Below, piece by piece: positions 1-13,775 of a stretch of 64,000 nucleotides of DNA. Numbering within the stretch: the stretch's first letter is position 1; each line of letters opens with the position of its first letter. This DNA comes from Epiperipatus broadwayi (taxonomy: Eukaryota; Animalia; Onychophora). The position numbers were made by a program, and so were the translations under genes. The stretch spans positions 21,948,001-22,012,000 of the forward strand of contig JAQFVV010000005.1 of the NCBI GenBank assembly GCA_028023455.1. Direction: 5' to 3'. The notes under the pieces are model-generated. The model ran no database searches and was not told where the DNA came from. It was given only the letters and a program-made list of their open reading frames with translations.

Positions 1-647
1 TTTCCCTTCATCATTTCCAGCCTTAAACTTTTTGTAAAGTTCTAAGAAAAAAGCTCTTTTTAATATTTATAGCATACACAGGGATACCCACAAATAACCG
101 GAATTTTATAATAAAAAATTGTTTATTTATTTTTAAGTGGTATAAATTTAATCTCTTTCAAATGACTATCCATTTGATGAAATACATTGATCTAAACATG
201 TTTTTCATTTTTCAACGTAGTCTGGAAGTACTTGCAAAGTTTAGAGATGGATTAAGCAGTAAGTGGACTAAGCGACCATGTAGGGCTCTGAGATCTTAAA
301 ATGTCTTTTCATTAGGATTCGAGGAAAATTATTATACAATCAACACTCCTATAATGCGGTATTATTTAAGCTTTTGAAAGGAATTTGAGTTTTGGTGGGA
401 TTATTAACTTTTAACTGGACATCAGTGGGTGAAACTAGTATTGCATAAATAGGCCCAAATTAAGTATATATATATTTAATTACACAAAAAATTCGACCCC
501 TTCCAAAATAATAATTTGATTTAAATACTCTGCTTTTGAAAAAATTATCGTAAATAAATTTTGCTAGAAAGTTTTTTCCTAAATTATAATTCGATTGGAG
601 ACAGGTAAAAAGGAATTTTCTTTGTTAACATCTTAACATTATCTTTT

Positions 648-753
648 GTCTTGCGTTGTTAGCCGAGAAGTATCGCAGCTGCCATGCAAGCAAGTAGTTG
701 GTTGCAGACGGTTGAGGGTTCGCGTCCCGGCCGATGCTATGACATATGAAAAA
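648..753 (+). mobile_element. tRNA-Gly-derived SINE, derived subfamily
   Basis: GCGTTG...CCGATGC acceptor-like ends, A-box TAGCCGAGAAG, B-box GGTTCGCGTCC, tail TATGACATATGAAAAA. Near-identical copies at 26633, 40367 and 56436. Confidence 0.8.
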
Positions 754-856
754 TATATATATATATATTTTAGTAGGTATTGTTTGTGAGGCTAAAAGCT
801 TTTCAACTATTTTACAAAAAAAGACTTTTTTTCTTCCTTCACAGCAAAAAAAAAAA

Positions 857-3349
857 ATGAAGAGACATCAAAGTGGGGCAGAAAAGTGAAATTTTTTTTT
901 AAAAAACCTGGAAATTGCTGAAAGTCAAAGAAATTCATTGCATAGATTTTTTAAAGTTAATTCTGAGACAGAGTTGCCATCAGCATCCATGTCACATAAT
1001 TCTGAATTGCCTACATTTGAAACTTCTTCTTAAGAAGAGAAAGAAGAAGTTGAGAATCAAGAGGTTGAAATTGCTACTGAAAAAAGGGATTGCAAAAACA
1101 CAGAAGGCAGATATAGTCCAGAAAGATGCTTCGATATAGACATTGAAGTAATAAATGATATAGCTTTATGGCCAACAATATTAACAGGTGTTATTATTGA
1201 TCATATTCTTAATATGAAACCAAAAAAATATAGAGAATTTAAAATCAGTGTATAAAGACAGAGATAAAGTGTATTACAGAGGATTTTTTTAATGATCATT
1301 TCTATAGAAAGAAATCAAATGAAATTATGGAAAAGAGAAATTGGCTGATATTTTCAGAAACAAGCAAAAGTGTTTACTGCTGCCCTTGCAAATCCTTTTC
1401 AATAATAAAAGTCTAAATTAGTATCTGGTTTATAAAATTGGAGATCAATAACTGTAATTTTATAGGATCATGAAGTTTCAAAAGTACACATATCAGCCAT
1501 GTGTATTATGTATAAAAGATTAACATAATTCAAAAGAATTGATACTCAACTATTACAGAAAAAGAAGAATGTTATTGGAGAGAAGTGTTGAAAAGAATTG
1601 TATCAACAATAAAATTGTTGAATCGCTTAGGATTTAGGGATCACGATGAAAGCAAAGATTCCAATAGGAAAAAAAAATATTTAACCTGCTTGGAACATCT
1701 AAGCAAATATGATGAATTTTTGAAGTTGCATCTACAAAAATATGCCAACCAAGGTTGAAGAAATGTGACCTATTTATCTCATATTATTTGTGATGAATTT
1801 GTAGGTCTTATTGGAAATCAAGTAAGAGCAAAAATAATTAAAGAAATTAAATCTGTGACAAGTAAGAGCAAAAATAATTAAAGAAATTAAATCTGTGATT
1901 TATTATAATTATTGATTCCACCCCCAATGTTTCGCATGTCAATCAAGTAACTTTTGTGATATGTTCCATCCTGTGGTAATATAATGAAAAGATTTGTGGA
2001 ATTCATTCCCATAGATAAACACACATCTTCATATTTGGAACAAGAAGTTTTGCAAATGTTAATAAAATTAGAAGTGAATATTAAAAATTGTCGATGACAA
2101 TCATTTGATAATGCTTCTAATATGTCAGGGAAGTACTCGGCTTTGAAAGCACATATTAAAGAACATAGCCCAAGTGCAGTTTTTATTCCGTGTGCTAATC
2201 ATTCCTTAAATTTAATTTGAAATTTTACTGCAAAAAGCTGTAGCATTGCAATTGAGTATTTTATGTTTGTGCAGAATTTATTCACATTTTTTTCTGTGTC
2301 AATCCATTGCTGGAAAATTTTAACAAGAAATCTAGAAATATGTAAACATTCCATCACAGTCAAAAGAGTTAAGAGTTTCTAATACAAGATAATCAGTAAG
2401 AGCAGATGCTGTATTAGCTATAAAACTGGTTTCACCCATGTAAAAGAGACTTTAACTGAAATTTGTAATTCAGAAGAAAAAAAAAAGTTACCATAATGTA
2501 GGCGACTTCACTTCTGAAGAAAATGGACAAATATGAACCTGCCCTATGACAGTGATTTGGAATACTATTTTACAAAGAATAAATGCTATTAGTAAATCAC
2601 TGCGATCAGTGGAGTGCAAACTATTGAAAGGATCTATCCTAGTGAACTCATTAGAAAATTTTATCAATAATTTCAGAGAAGAATTTGAAAAAGAGGCAAC
2701 TGATATATCTGGGTTATCATTTAATGTGGAAGATGGACAAATTCGCAAACAACAAAAGAAAAATTGTTTTTGATGAAAACAAAAAAGTCAGACATGAATT
2801 TACAATAAGAGAAAATTTCATAGTCAATTCATTTTATGTCATTTGTGATAACACCAAGGCAGAACTATCTTGAAGAACTCAGACATATGAAGTTGTTGTA
2901 GAGCCTTTTTGAATATTTTTTGATTGGAATTTATCAATAGAAGAAAAAAAATAATGCGGTAAAAAAGTTTAAGGATATTTACAAAAATGACATTGATGTT
3001 TGTAATTTTGAAGTTGAATTTGATCATTTTTTAATATTTCTAAAAGAAAACAAGGATATCATAAAAACCACACTAGACATATATTGAGCCACCAAAGAAA
3101 TGTCTTGCACATTTCCAAATGTTGAAATATTATTGAAATTTTTTTTAACAATTCCCTTATCTAATGCGTCAGGAGAAAGATCATTTTGTTTTAAAGCATG
3201 CAAAAAATTATTTAAGGAGTACTATGGGAGAAGAAAGGTTAAATAATATGGCCATTCTGTATATAGAGCAGGAAATTTTAAGTCGAATTGACACTGCAAA
3301 AATAATTGATGAATTTGCAAGAAATAAAGCAAGACGAAAATTCATATGA
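857..3349 (+). pseudogene. hAT transposase pseudogene (many stops and frameshifts)
   Basis: Fragments MKRHQSGAEK, KRNWLIFSETSKSVYCCPCK (TTF-like Zn finger), SFDNASNMSGKYSALKAHIKEHSPSAVFIPCANHSLNL, and C-terminal dimerisation motif KNYLRSTMGEERLNNMAILYIEQEIL (ORF 3164-3349). Internal 40-bp tandem duplication at 1819-1898. Confidence 0.85.
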
Positions 3350-4943
3350 AAAATAGGTTTTTTAATAAATTCATTTAATGTGTTATGGTATGAAATTTTT
3401 GATTACTTTTCTTTTTTGTTAATAACTTAATGAGAGTTTCTTGAAATTTTTTTTTCTAACTTGAGTTTGAGGGCCTGAAACTTTTACCACTTGGCTTGAT
3501 CCATCTCTGGAAAACGAATGTCTCTGTCATTTTTTATATCACTTCTCTGCAAAAAAAAAAAATGTGACATTTTTCTATTCAAGAGATTTAAAAAAATTAC
3601 AAGAAGCAAGATCAAATGAATACGGCTGCTAGATAAGCTGGATGCTGCTGAATTTAATTAAAAGGGTTTCACACTTAAGGTTTTAAGAGATCATACTTTG
3701 TGGGGATGAAGCTTGCACTCTTTTCTTTGTCATAAAACAGAATGTTTATATTTTACTGCATCACCTAAACGTTTCAGAACTTGCAGATAAAATGGCTGAC
3801 CATTACAAACTAAATTTGAGGGGGAAATGCCATTTATGTCAAAAATAAAAAAATTCAGCATTGTTTTGACTTTGGACTTAACTTATGACACTTTCTAGGG
3901 ATGTGGTAAATTTAACATTTCAACATTTCAATAAACTCTCATAAACTTATGTTTTTATGATTTTTTGTAATCTGTTCCAAGCATTACAACTTTTTTTCTT
4001 GTCGTTTTCTGTAAACGAAAACAGAATTTCCCCCTGTCGAACTTTTCAATTATTATATAAAAATTGACAAAAATGCACATTACTAAACAATGTGTTACAT
4101 GGCCCCATTGGAAGATTGATGCAGAAGGGTCCCTACAAGAAACATGATATAACAGGCACTCAAACCAGAGAATAATTCTGATTATTTTTGTGCCCCCCTC
4201 GTATATCTGAATACCTTGATTTCCTTCACAAGTATGCCATTGAACGAAAGCTATGTATAATTAATCTGTGGATAGTCACTAAGAGATTTATTTTTAATAT
4301 TTCATCAAAATGTTAAATTATAATGGAGCTCTAAAATTGAAATGGTAGAATAAATTACATTAAGTACCAAATTATTACCAATGACGATCAAGATTTGATT
4401 GCTTAGTTATTGTGCTTTTCTTCAAAGACTTTTACATATATCCAACAATACCTCACTTAACATCTACTTCCTTAACTACGATTTGTAATAATGGTACTCT
4501 TATTCATTATACACAAATAAGCAGTTTATGCCAAACAATATTTTCTTGTCAGAGAATCACTCAATTTACAACAGTCATGCAGGTGCACTGCATGATTTAG
4601 TTTAGTGCTAGAACAATGGACTTTGAAGCTCAAGGTCCACTTCTGATACCTGAACATCTTATAAACTCCAAGCAAAAAGATATTTAATTATTATTATTTT
4701 TATTCATAAAGATGACTTCTTAACTTTTATAAAGTTGATATATATTGAGTACTGACTGTATGCATATTTTTTTTTGTATTAACTAAACTAAATGGTATCT
4801 ACTTAATGAATAATATTTCTGTAGTATAATTTTTACTACACCACTCCAAGGTAGAAGGGACTAGTTTCTATCCATTTTAAACACCTTGTGGAGAGATATA
4901 ATCATTAAACATATGACTAAAAACCTGAAAAAAAAAAAGATTC

Positions 4944-4985
4944 CCAAGATGCATGTTTTGCACAGAATCAGTACTCATCAGTTGT
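4944..4985 (-). ncRNA. Decayed R3-family hammerhead motif
   Basis: Minus strand ACAA-CTGATGA-GTACTG-ATT-CTGTGC-AAAA-CATGCA-TC-TTGG; G12 lost. Flanks resemble 50176-50240. Confidence 0.5.
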
Positions 4986-5619
4986 CCCAGATCACAACCT
5001 CTTACACATATATTTATCATTGTTCAGTATACATAGATAGCCAATTATTATAGTTTAATTGAACTCAGGCTTTCACACGACCCTCAACTATCTTACTGAA
5101 AAATAAAATCAGCCATGTTATCCATGAGTTGCAATATTAATCATTCTATCAAAACATCCAGATATCATATTGATTTCATGTTACAGTACTTATGGGTGTA
5201 AAATTAAATCTTCAAAGACAACGATATTACTGCTTTTCATACTGTGCAATCGCTGTTTACATTTAGCTAGCAAATCTTTTATGTAGTTTGCACAAGACAT
5301 CTACTGCAATGACAACAGTTAATCAAAATATAAACAAACAAGTTATCTGTTGAACAAAGTATAATTTATATAATTTTGATAAAAGATAAAATATGCATAC
5401 ATTAATTTGCATGTTTCATCTAAGCAATGGTGTTTTCTTACCAGCAAGTATTTGACTCAATAATGTTTTCTGAACAATATCCTGTAAAATATGTAGATCC
5501 AAATGTCAAGCTATTATACTCCTCATGCCAATTATGATGAATTAAGGAAAAGTAGTGCATCAATATGTATGAAATTTAGAATTAATTCTTCAATCCAATC
5601 TTGATAAGTGTCTATCCTT

Positions 5620-6474
5620 CGCATGATCAGCATTTCTTATGCTTGTTCGTAACTGTTATTAAAACAGGCAAAACTCTCCATACATTGTGCCATTCAGTGC
5701 AAGCCAGAGTAATCAATGAATGCCAGAAGGCTTGTGCATAAAATCCCAATCCAGTGCCTACTCATCCAATATCCCCAGATTAGTTTCTAGCTTGCAGATT
5801 TCATCAGTGAGGAGTCTTGGATCAGAGATCACTGCACCTAGATCTTAGGATCTAATGTAACCCTCCAGAAGCCACCTTTTATCTCTACTTAACTACAAAA
5901 CTATGAGTCTAAAATTGGAAAACACAATAATATTTTCAATCCAAGCTCATTAGCTTATAGTCATATAGGTCTGAACTCAGTTCAGTACCCATACATTTTG
6001 GTGCCTTTGGGTCTTTAATAACCATAGCCATCACCATTGTATTAGGCAGGGTTGGTGTTAAACCACTAAACATCACATGATCACCATTTCTTATGCTTGC
6101 TCATAACTGTTATTATTACTGTATGGATAGTTTCCTGAGTAATAGGATAGTAGTGGCTATGGTTATTAAAGAACCAAAGACACCAAAATGTATGGGTATT
6201 GAACTGAGTTCAGAGCTATATGAGCTAATGAGTTTGGATTGAAAATATTGTGTTTTCAATTTTAGATTCATAGTTTTGTAGTTAAGTAGAGATAAAAGGT
6301 GTAGTGCTCACAGATCCAAGGCTCCTCACTGATGAAAACCACAAGCTAGAAACTGGTCTGGGGATATTGGATGAGTAGGCACTAGATGGCAATTTTATGC
6401 ACAAGGCTTCTGGCATCCATTGATTACTCTAGCTTGCTGTGTGTGGCAATATGTATATTGAGTTTTGCCTGTTT
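5620..6474. mobile_element. R1 hammerhead-retroelement fold-back insertion (left arm >1 monomer, period 454)
   Basis: Antisense arm 5621-6113 wraps past its own start (CATGATC at 5622 and 6076); sense arm ~6139-6474. 15-bp TSD TAAGTGTCTATCCTT at 5605-5619 and 6475-6489. Confidence 0.9.
6314..6372 (+). ncRNA. R1 type I hammerhead motif (weakened stem II)
   Basis: ATCCAA-GGC-TCCTCA-CTGATGA-AAACCACAAGCTA-GAAA-CTGG-TC^TGGGGA-TA-TTGGAT. Confidence 0.65.
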
Positions 6475-9258
6475 TAAGTGTCTATCCTTTTATAACCTTT
6501 ATAAAAATAACACATATATATAAAAGATAAATCATTCAAAAGAAGAAGAAACCAGCAGGAAAGATATGACTTATTTCTTAGAAATCTCTGCTATAGATAG
6601 CAAAAAGAATTTAGGTATCTCTTAAACATTATTATTATTATTTGTTAAGCCTTCAGCATAATCATGTATTAAAGATAGTAATTTGTAAATAACCATAATC
6701 TATGTAATTATTTGTTTGATTTTACAATGACTGATTTTTAATAGTTCTATAACTGATTAATTACTAAATTAAATATATTTATTTAATGAAGATATATTCT
6801 TTGAATTTGATTTTTAAATAAATAGCCCACAGTCTTAAGATAAATGAAACAAACAAAATATATTTAATGAATTAAAAAAAAAAATTGAATGGTCTGTTGT
6901 CTAGAACTTCATAAGAAGTCTGGTCACCACTAGTAGCAGGATTGAGCCACAACGAATGGACATGGAGCTCTAAAGTTAGTCTAAAATGTTTTAAAAACTT
7001 CAAATTAACAGAATATTCAAAATGAAATGTAATAGGTATTTATTTTTTCTATAGAAATTGAAGGTAAATGAGCCAATCTCTCCTACACTGTTCTAGCTGA
7101 TGGCCAATAGTTTATCATATTCTTGTTCTAAGAGCTAAATATCATACATTTGCATCTATAGTTATTTTATTAATCTTTGAATTATTTTCCAAAAGATTTG
7201 CCTCAACACATAGTTGCTCTCCAGGCTGTGCTTTCTTCAGATGATTTTTTCCCAATTAACAAATAGAGATCTTTCCAAGATACCATGATGCTTTTGTACC
7301 TAAATTTTGACTTACCTGTTAATCTTCTTTCTTTATCTAATTCAACTTACCTGTTGATCTTCTTTCTTTATCTAATTCAGCTAAAAATATTTGTATAAGA
7401 ACGTTATTATAATTCCTTAGTTCAACATGCATCACTCAATGTAGTTTTCTGTTGTAGTCTGAACCAAGATTTTTTTTTTGTTGTTTACATTATTCAGATG
7501 AAGAGTCAATGTCACAATCTTTAGCTAAATGTCCACCACTCTCTTGCAGTGCTAACATACAAAAAAAATAATAATAATCAAGAGGCTATGTGATGACATG
7601 AGTACCAAAAATAACACTGAGATTCAATCCAGAGATCTTGAGCACTTGAGGCCACCATTTTACCACTGCTAATTTATGCATGACAAAAATGACCAGTAGT
7701 TTACATAGAGTCGAAAAATTCTAACTTGTGCAGGAATATCCCAAAACTGATTTTTACTCAGTTATCTTAACCACTTCCGTTATGACAGCTAACACTGACA
7801 GTTTATTACATGGGCAGCTGAGATGTATATGGTTTTATATATATAAATCAATGCACGATAGGATGAGAAGTGGAAAGATATTTAACTTATGGGTCGGTCA
7901 TTTCATTGCATTAAACCATGCAGCCATAGCATATAGTCTAAAGAATTTTCATCATTTATTTATTTCAATATTGATCAAAGTAAGAATTATCGTTTACGTT
8001 CTTCTTTTTTTTTTCAGTTTCTTTAACTAAGTCGTTTACTGAATGTAAACCTATTACTTCGCCCCCGTCTCGTCAAATGTTGCTGGTCTGGATTCTAACA
8101 AGACTAAGATCTGACCAACTATTAGCGGCACAGTTTACATGTAATAGTGAAGACATTTTCAACTTAAATGCCCAGATTTATTCATCCTCCCCACCCACCC
8201 TTTTTTTTTTAATTATTTGAAATGAGTCAATGTTTCATGCCTAAAAAAATAAAAAGACTTCATATATGAAATGAAAATAGAATCAATAAAATTATTAAAT
8301 AATAATAATCAAATGATTAGCTACACGACAGGCCATGTGATTTAGTTTCGATCAAGGAATCTTAAATTTTCGAGTCCGTTTCTCTTCCAGTACGCTAAAT
8401 CTATTCTTAAATGATTTAAAAGTTCCAAAGAAATCCGCTAGAGGACTACTTATAGTTGACACATCACATCAATATAACTAGTAAATAGGACTGTTTTTGC
8501 GAAGCTTTGAGGTAAGTGGTCAAAAATAGTCTATTTTACAATTTGTTCTACTGCTACATTTTCATTATGGGTATTGAATGATTATTATTTTTTTGTAAGT
8601 GTATATACAAACAAATCCCCTAATAGATAAAAACAAGTTTATAAAAATCGGATACAGACATTCAACCTGTAGAGTAGGCTTGTTTTGCTCCATCCTCGTG
8701 CTATTATTTAGATTTCAATTAAAGGAAATAAAAATAATAATGCACTAATTAAAGAATGTTACAGAAGTAATCGTTTATTACCATTAAGATATTAAAGGCC
8801 TTTTGAATATGGATTTGTAAAAGAATATAACCAGAGCGAAGATTAAGTCGTATAAAATTTGTTCACTGGGATGAAAATCTCACATCAGGCTACTGCTTCC
8901 TTCAAGGGTTGAGATTTCAAATTATTTTCTGCAAAAAAAAATGTCAAATTTTTTACTTAAACTTGAAAAAAAAAAAATTACCTTTTGATTTTAAAATATC
9001 TTTTCTGTAATTAAACTATAAATTTTACTTTAGTTTTAGTAAGGTCGTTATGTAACCATGTGTAAATAAAAAAATCCATTATATTTTCTCATTATTTATA
9101 CTAATCTTACTTAAAAACTACGGTATCATCACAATCACTAGGCTTTTTTGTTGATATCCTCTAGTGGCAGTTTAGTTAAGCTTGGAATTGTTGAACGTAA
9201 TATTTATCAGTTTTCTGCTCGAAGTCAACTTGATGTTATAATAAGGCCTATAACTAAG

Positions 9259-9300
9259 CGGTCACACTGAGTCGTAGTTGACCAGAATTTGTCATCGATA
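9259..9300. promoter_or_regulatory. Possible housekeeping-type core promoter motifs
   Basis: CGGTCACACTG (exact Drosophila Ohler motif 1) at 9259-9269 and DRE-like CATCGATA at 9293-9300, in a CpG-retaining region. No gene assigned. Confidence 0.3.
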
Positions 9301-10611
9301 ACAATCCGTTTATAGTTTATTCTAGTATCTCCTCTGTAAAGTTACAACATACATTTTATATAGTAATTAGATTCATTTCAAATTCTATTTTTATATATTA
9401 GTTACGAAAGAATTTAATTTTTTTCTATTAAATTGGCTAAATAAAAATAGTTTCATTATCATTTAATCATTAGTATGTTTTCTTGTTCATCTTAACCAAT
9501 TAATTCATCTCAGATCTTTTAAATTCTTGCTATCATGAAGCAACCCAAGATAATGAGTATGGTTCCCTGGGTCTTAATGGCCATTTTGTTTTACATATTT
9601 AAAAAAATATGAAGTGAAAAATCGAATGATTTATTACTGAGGAGTTCGTAAGAAGTTAACGCTCAAAGTGATAGAGTTGGGCCGCGATCCATGGATCTTC
9701 ATCCCCAGAGATATTGCAAAAAATAAAAAGGTCTTTTTTGAAATTTTGCATAGGTGCCAGAAATTCTAGCCACGCTACTGCTTGTTTTTCAAATTATAGG
9801 CATCATCTTTAGTATTTTGTTTTTTCTCTCAATCTCTTTTATGCACCCTTTCGTAAATACAGAGCAAAAACAAAAATATTTGAACCGTAGTTGTGATATC
9901 TCCATTATTACTTACTGATGAAGATTACATTATGTAGTATTTCAGTCGAGCTTTCTTCATTATCATTCATAAGAATATTAGATATTCTTTTAATAACTAG
10001 TGTTATGTAAATGATTGTTTAGACTACTGAATTGAAAAATTGTATACTTTTTTTTTAGAGGGAGAGGAATCCTCAGTTACTGTCAAAATATCTAGTTTTA
10101 TTCCAGATTTTTTTTAAGTTTTAGGCTAGCCTACCATGAGGTTCTTCTTTCTTAATAATAATGTATACTAAAAAAAAGATAATTAAATTATTAGTTGCTC
10201 AGGAGGTAATGGAATGTTCATCAAAAATGAGAGGTTGCGCTTCAATTCAGGAGTCTTCAGCCCTTAAATGCATTACTTTGTCACTCTAGTAAATCAACTA
10301 TGCATTGGTAAATAAGTCAATTACATGTACACGTTTATTTTCTGCTCAGAGATCAATTCAGTGATTTACTGAGTTTGACGAATTTGTTATGTGAAGTTTG
10401 TGCTTTTGTTGTCATTGAAAGGAATTTGATTTTATTTTGTTAAATAATTTTAAATATGAATCAAGTAACAAAAAAAATAAGATCAATATTCAAACTGAAG
10501 ATACATTAATAGTAGAGAAAGTAATTTATAATTAAGTCCAGAACAGGAAATCTAAAGATAAGCAAAGAAAAGATTAAAATTTTTTATTTGATTTGTATTA
10601 GACCGCTAACT

Positions 10612-11010
10612 ATCACATGATCACCATTCCTATGCTTACACAAGCTGTTATAACATGCACAATTCTTTATACAGTAGTGCCACCCAGTGCAAGTCAGAGT
10701 AATCAATAGATGTAAGAAGGTTTGTGCATTATCTAGTGCCTACTCATCCAACATAGCTTTATAGCTAACTAAAAAGGTGAAAGGTGACTGTTGGATGGTT
10801 GCACTAGATCCTAAGATCTAGATACAGTGCTGTCAGATCCAAGGCTTCTCACTGATAAACACCACAAGTTAGAAACTAGTCTGGAAATGTTGAATGAGTA
10901 GTCACCACATAGGGTTTTTTTGCCCAAACCTTGCATCCATTGATTACTCTGACTTGCACTGGATGGAACTACTGTATGGAGAGTTTTGCATCTGTTATGA
11001 TTTGTGTAAG
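10612..11010. mobile_element. R1 fold-back insertion, older and diverged
   Basis: Antisense arm 10612-10753, sense arm ~10780-11010 with decayed core (CTGATAA...GAAACTAGTC). No clear TSD. Confidence 0.8.
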
Positions 11011-12265
11011 TGTTGACAGAAAAGTTGAACATTTATTATTATAATATGTCAATTTTAGAAATATAAATAGAAAACAAAATCAGCAGTTATAATCTCTTAT
11101 TCCTACAATTTCAGAGCCATCTATTGTTAGTTTGAATAAACAATAGATAGAAGATAATAATAGAATTATAACACTATACTAGATACATCCCCAGATTTGA
11201 TTCTGGTTTACAGTCTTTATCAATGAGGAACCTGGAGGTAATGCATCTCTTAAATAGAAGATCCTTAAACTCTTTTTATTATGAAACTAATCGCTCTAAA
11301 TTCAAAAACACATGCTTTGAATCTCAGCAATTTTGTACACTTATATAAAACTGAAACTATACCAATAGTTATATGTTTTAGTATGCTCCATTTTTTAATA
11401 GCTGACAATGCGTATATTGATCTGGTATCAATTTTTATGATGTCTAACAGTTTTATTATATATTAAAATATACAGATTATTATCATAAACAAAACCAATA
11501 ACTTTATATAGCTATATAATAGTTTGTAATTATATGTTGCCCTGCATGTTTTTGTAGAATGGCTGGGGTTCAAGATCCACAGATTGTACCCAATTCTTTC
11601 ATTTCTGGTTACTCAAACTTCTTATGAATTTCTGAGCAGTAAAACATTTGATTATTATTTTTAATAATATATTGGATTATTTCCATCATCTAATTATATT
11701 TTAGCATTTGACAGCTCATAGCAGGCCAGTTAACTGAAGCTATTAAAATGTATAGTTACTGATCAAGGGTCTTATCTATATTCATAGAATGTCTTCAGCA
11801 TTTGCCATTTAAACATATTATTTCAAATAAAACAAATAACTTTGTATAGATACATATGGTTTGTAATTGTATATTGGACTATTTCCATCATATAGTTGAA
11901 TCTGTTAAGTATATAGTAGTATTTTTTTAAAATAAATAATATTAATGAGACCTTCAGAGATATTTATTAATTCATTAATTTATTAGATATATTTATTATT
12001 GTAAATTTTTATTTATTACCTATTATTATTATTTCTTTTGTTATGACTTTAATATGTGCATATTTACATTTTCACTCGGTACTTTTATCTCTGATACAAC
12101 TATTTCCTTTTCACATTAATTTTTAGAATTAAGATTAAAATCTGACAGTTATGAAAGTATTATTTAAATAGTGTGTTTTATGAATTGACTGTTTATGAAG
12201 TGGATTTAATATGATAACTTATTACATTTTAATTTTTTTCTTTTTTGCTTTTTATAAAACAGTAG

Positions 12266-12574
12266 CAACTCCATACAACAGTGCTACCTAGTGCAAACTA
12301 CAGTAATCAATAGATGCTAGAAGCTTATCAAAATTCAATCTAATACCTATTCATCCAACATACCCAGGCTCCTCGCTGATGAAAACCACCATCTAAAAAT
12401 TAATCTGGAGATGTTGGATAAATAGGTATTAGATAGAAATTGTGATGCACAAATCTTCTTGCATCCATTGATTACTATGGCATGCACTGGATGGCACTAC
12501 TATATGGAGAGAGTTATTACTATTTTAACTGTTTGTAAAAGCATAAGAAATGGTGATCAAGTGATGCTTTAATG
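12266..12574. mobile_element. R1 fold-back insertion, diverged
   Basis: Antisense arm ends at ...CATACCCAG (~12367), essentially at the ribozyme cleavage position. Sense arm starts GCTCCTCGCTGATGA. Confidence 0.8.
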
Positions 12575-12709
12575 ATTTTTTCTTCTTTTCATTTACTTAA
12601 TAAAATAACCTTTAAATAAACCACTGCAGGGCAAACGTTCATTCAACACCTCTCCCCCAATACATGAATAATGACGGAGAGGGCAGTATTCATCAGATTT
12701 TCCAGTTAT

Positions 12710-12796
12710 ACCATTAAGCATCACATGATCTGGCATTCATTGATTACTCAGGTTGGCACAGGGTGGCAATACTGTATGGAGAGTTTTGCTTTGTTT
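12710..12796. mobile_element. Minimal R1 fold-back insertion (87 bp)
   Basis: Short antisense piece joined to a sense piece. 13-bp TSD ATTTTCCAGTTAT at 12697-12709 and 12797-12809. Confidence 0.8.
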
Positions 12797-13140
12797 ATTT
12801 TCCAGTTATCAGGTAACGATGTTTGAGTGGTTTTCAGTTCTTAAGCTTACAGGTAACTATTTACCAACCAATATTGGATACTTAGTTGAGTTATCAATGG
12901 GCCCTCTACTTGGAAGATAAATCATTAGTCTGATAAAAACAAAAAAGTTTTTAAGATTTGACTGGCTCAAATTTGAACATTTGTCATAGGGCATGGCAAG
13001 CAGATGCGGTACTATTTTGCAATAAGGCCTTTATATATAGACATAAGGTATTTATCAGTAGTTATTGCATATAAAATATAATTTTTCTTTTTAAAATTTC
13101 AGTCAGTTTTTGATGTTTTCTAAACATCAAAAAAACTGCC

Positions 13141-13383
13141 TGTTATTAAAACAGGCAAAACTCACTATACGTATTGCCACACACAGCAAGCTAGAGTAAT
13201 CAATGGATGCCAGAAGGCTTGTGCATAAAATCCCCATCTAGTGCCTACTCATCCCATATCCCCAGACGAGTTTCTGGCTTGTGGTCTTCGTCGGTGAGGA
13301 GCCTTGGATCTGAGAGCACTGCACCTAGATCTTAGGATCTAATGCAACCATCCAGCAGCCACCTTTTATATCCACTTAACTAC
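13141..13383 (-). mobile_element. R1 single arm, cut on the right by an unrelated block
   Basis: Close to R1 consensus. Minus-strand hammerhead 13251-13309 has core CCGACGA (U4 changed). Confidence 0.85.
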
Positions 13384-13639
13384 TATAACGGAACGAACAG
13401 ATTCTCATCATACACCCCCCTAATATTCATCATACCAGTCACCCCATTCCCTAATTCGATCTTTAGCGGTGTGTAGTCCCACTACACATCGTGCATCCAC
13501 GTTGGTTAACAGATATAACGGACGGAACAATTAGCACTTGGATATATCTATCAGATATATCAACAATCAGCTGGTATGATCACAATGTATGACCAACCTA
13601 CCTAAAGTATTTATGTGATGATACACTTATCTATGAAGC

Positions 13640-13775
13640 CCCAAACGTTGCTGGCTCCAGATATAATGGACGGAACGATGACCACTAGCCCCAAAAGATG
13701 ATGATGCCAGATATAATGGACGGAATGATTACCACTAATTCCAAACATTGCAAACACCAGATGTAATGGATGGTC
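13640..13775. repeat. 50-bp minisatellite in an unclassified CpG-richer block (13385-~14400)
   Basis: CAGATRTAATGGAYGG at 13658, 13708 and 13758 (period 50), plus a related copy at 13510. Perfect 46-bp tandem duplication at 14219-14310. Confidence 0.7.

Larger units (their letters stand above)
242..3509 (+). mobile_element. Decayed hAT-superfamily DNA transposon (ZMYM1/DUF4371-type transposase)
   Basis: Imperfect TIRs: TAGAGATGGATTAAGC at 242-257 vs reverse complement of 3494-3509 (CAGAGATGGATCAAGC). Internal transposase remnants. No conserved 8-bp TSD. Confidence 0.75.

Noticed and set aside
7728-8030. 100-aa ORF (GTG start) and other 60-100-aa ORFs in the track
   Set aside because: No recognisable domain. 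Many lie in repeats (10811, 18396, 38494 are R1 antisense; 49516, 50050, 50461 are R3) or low-complexity DNA.
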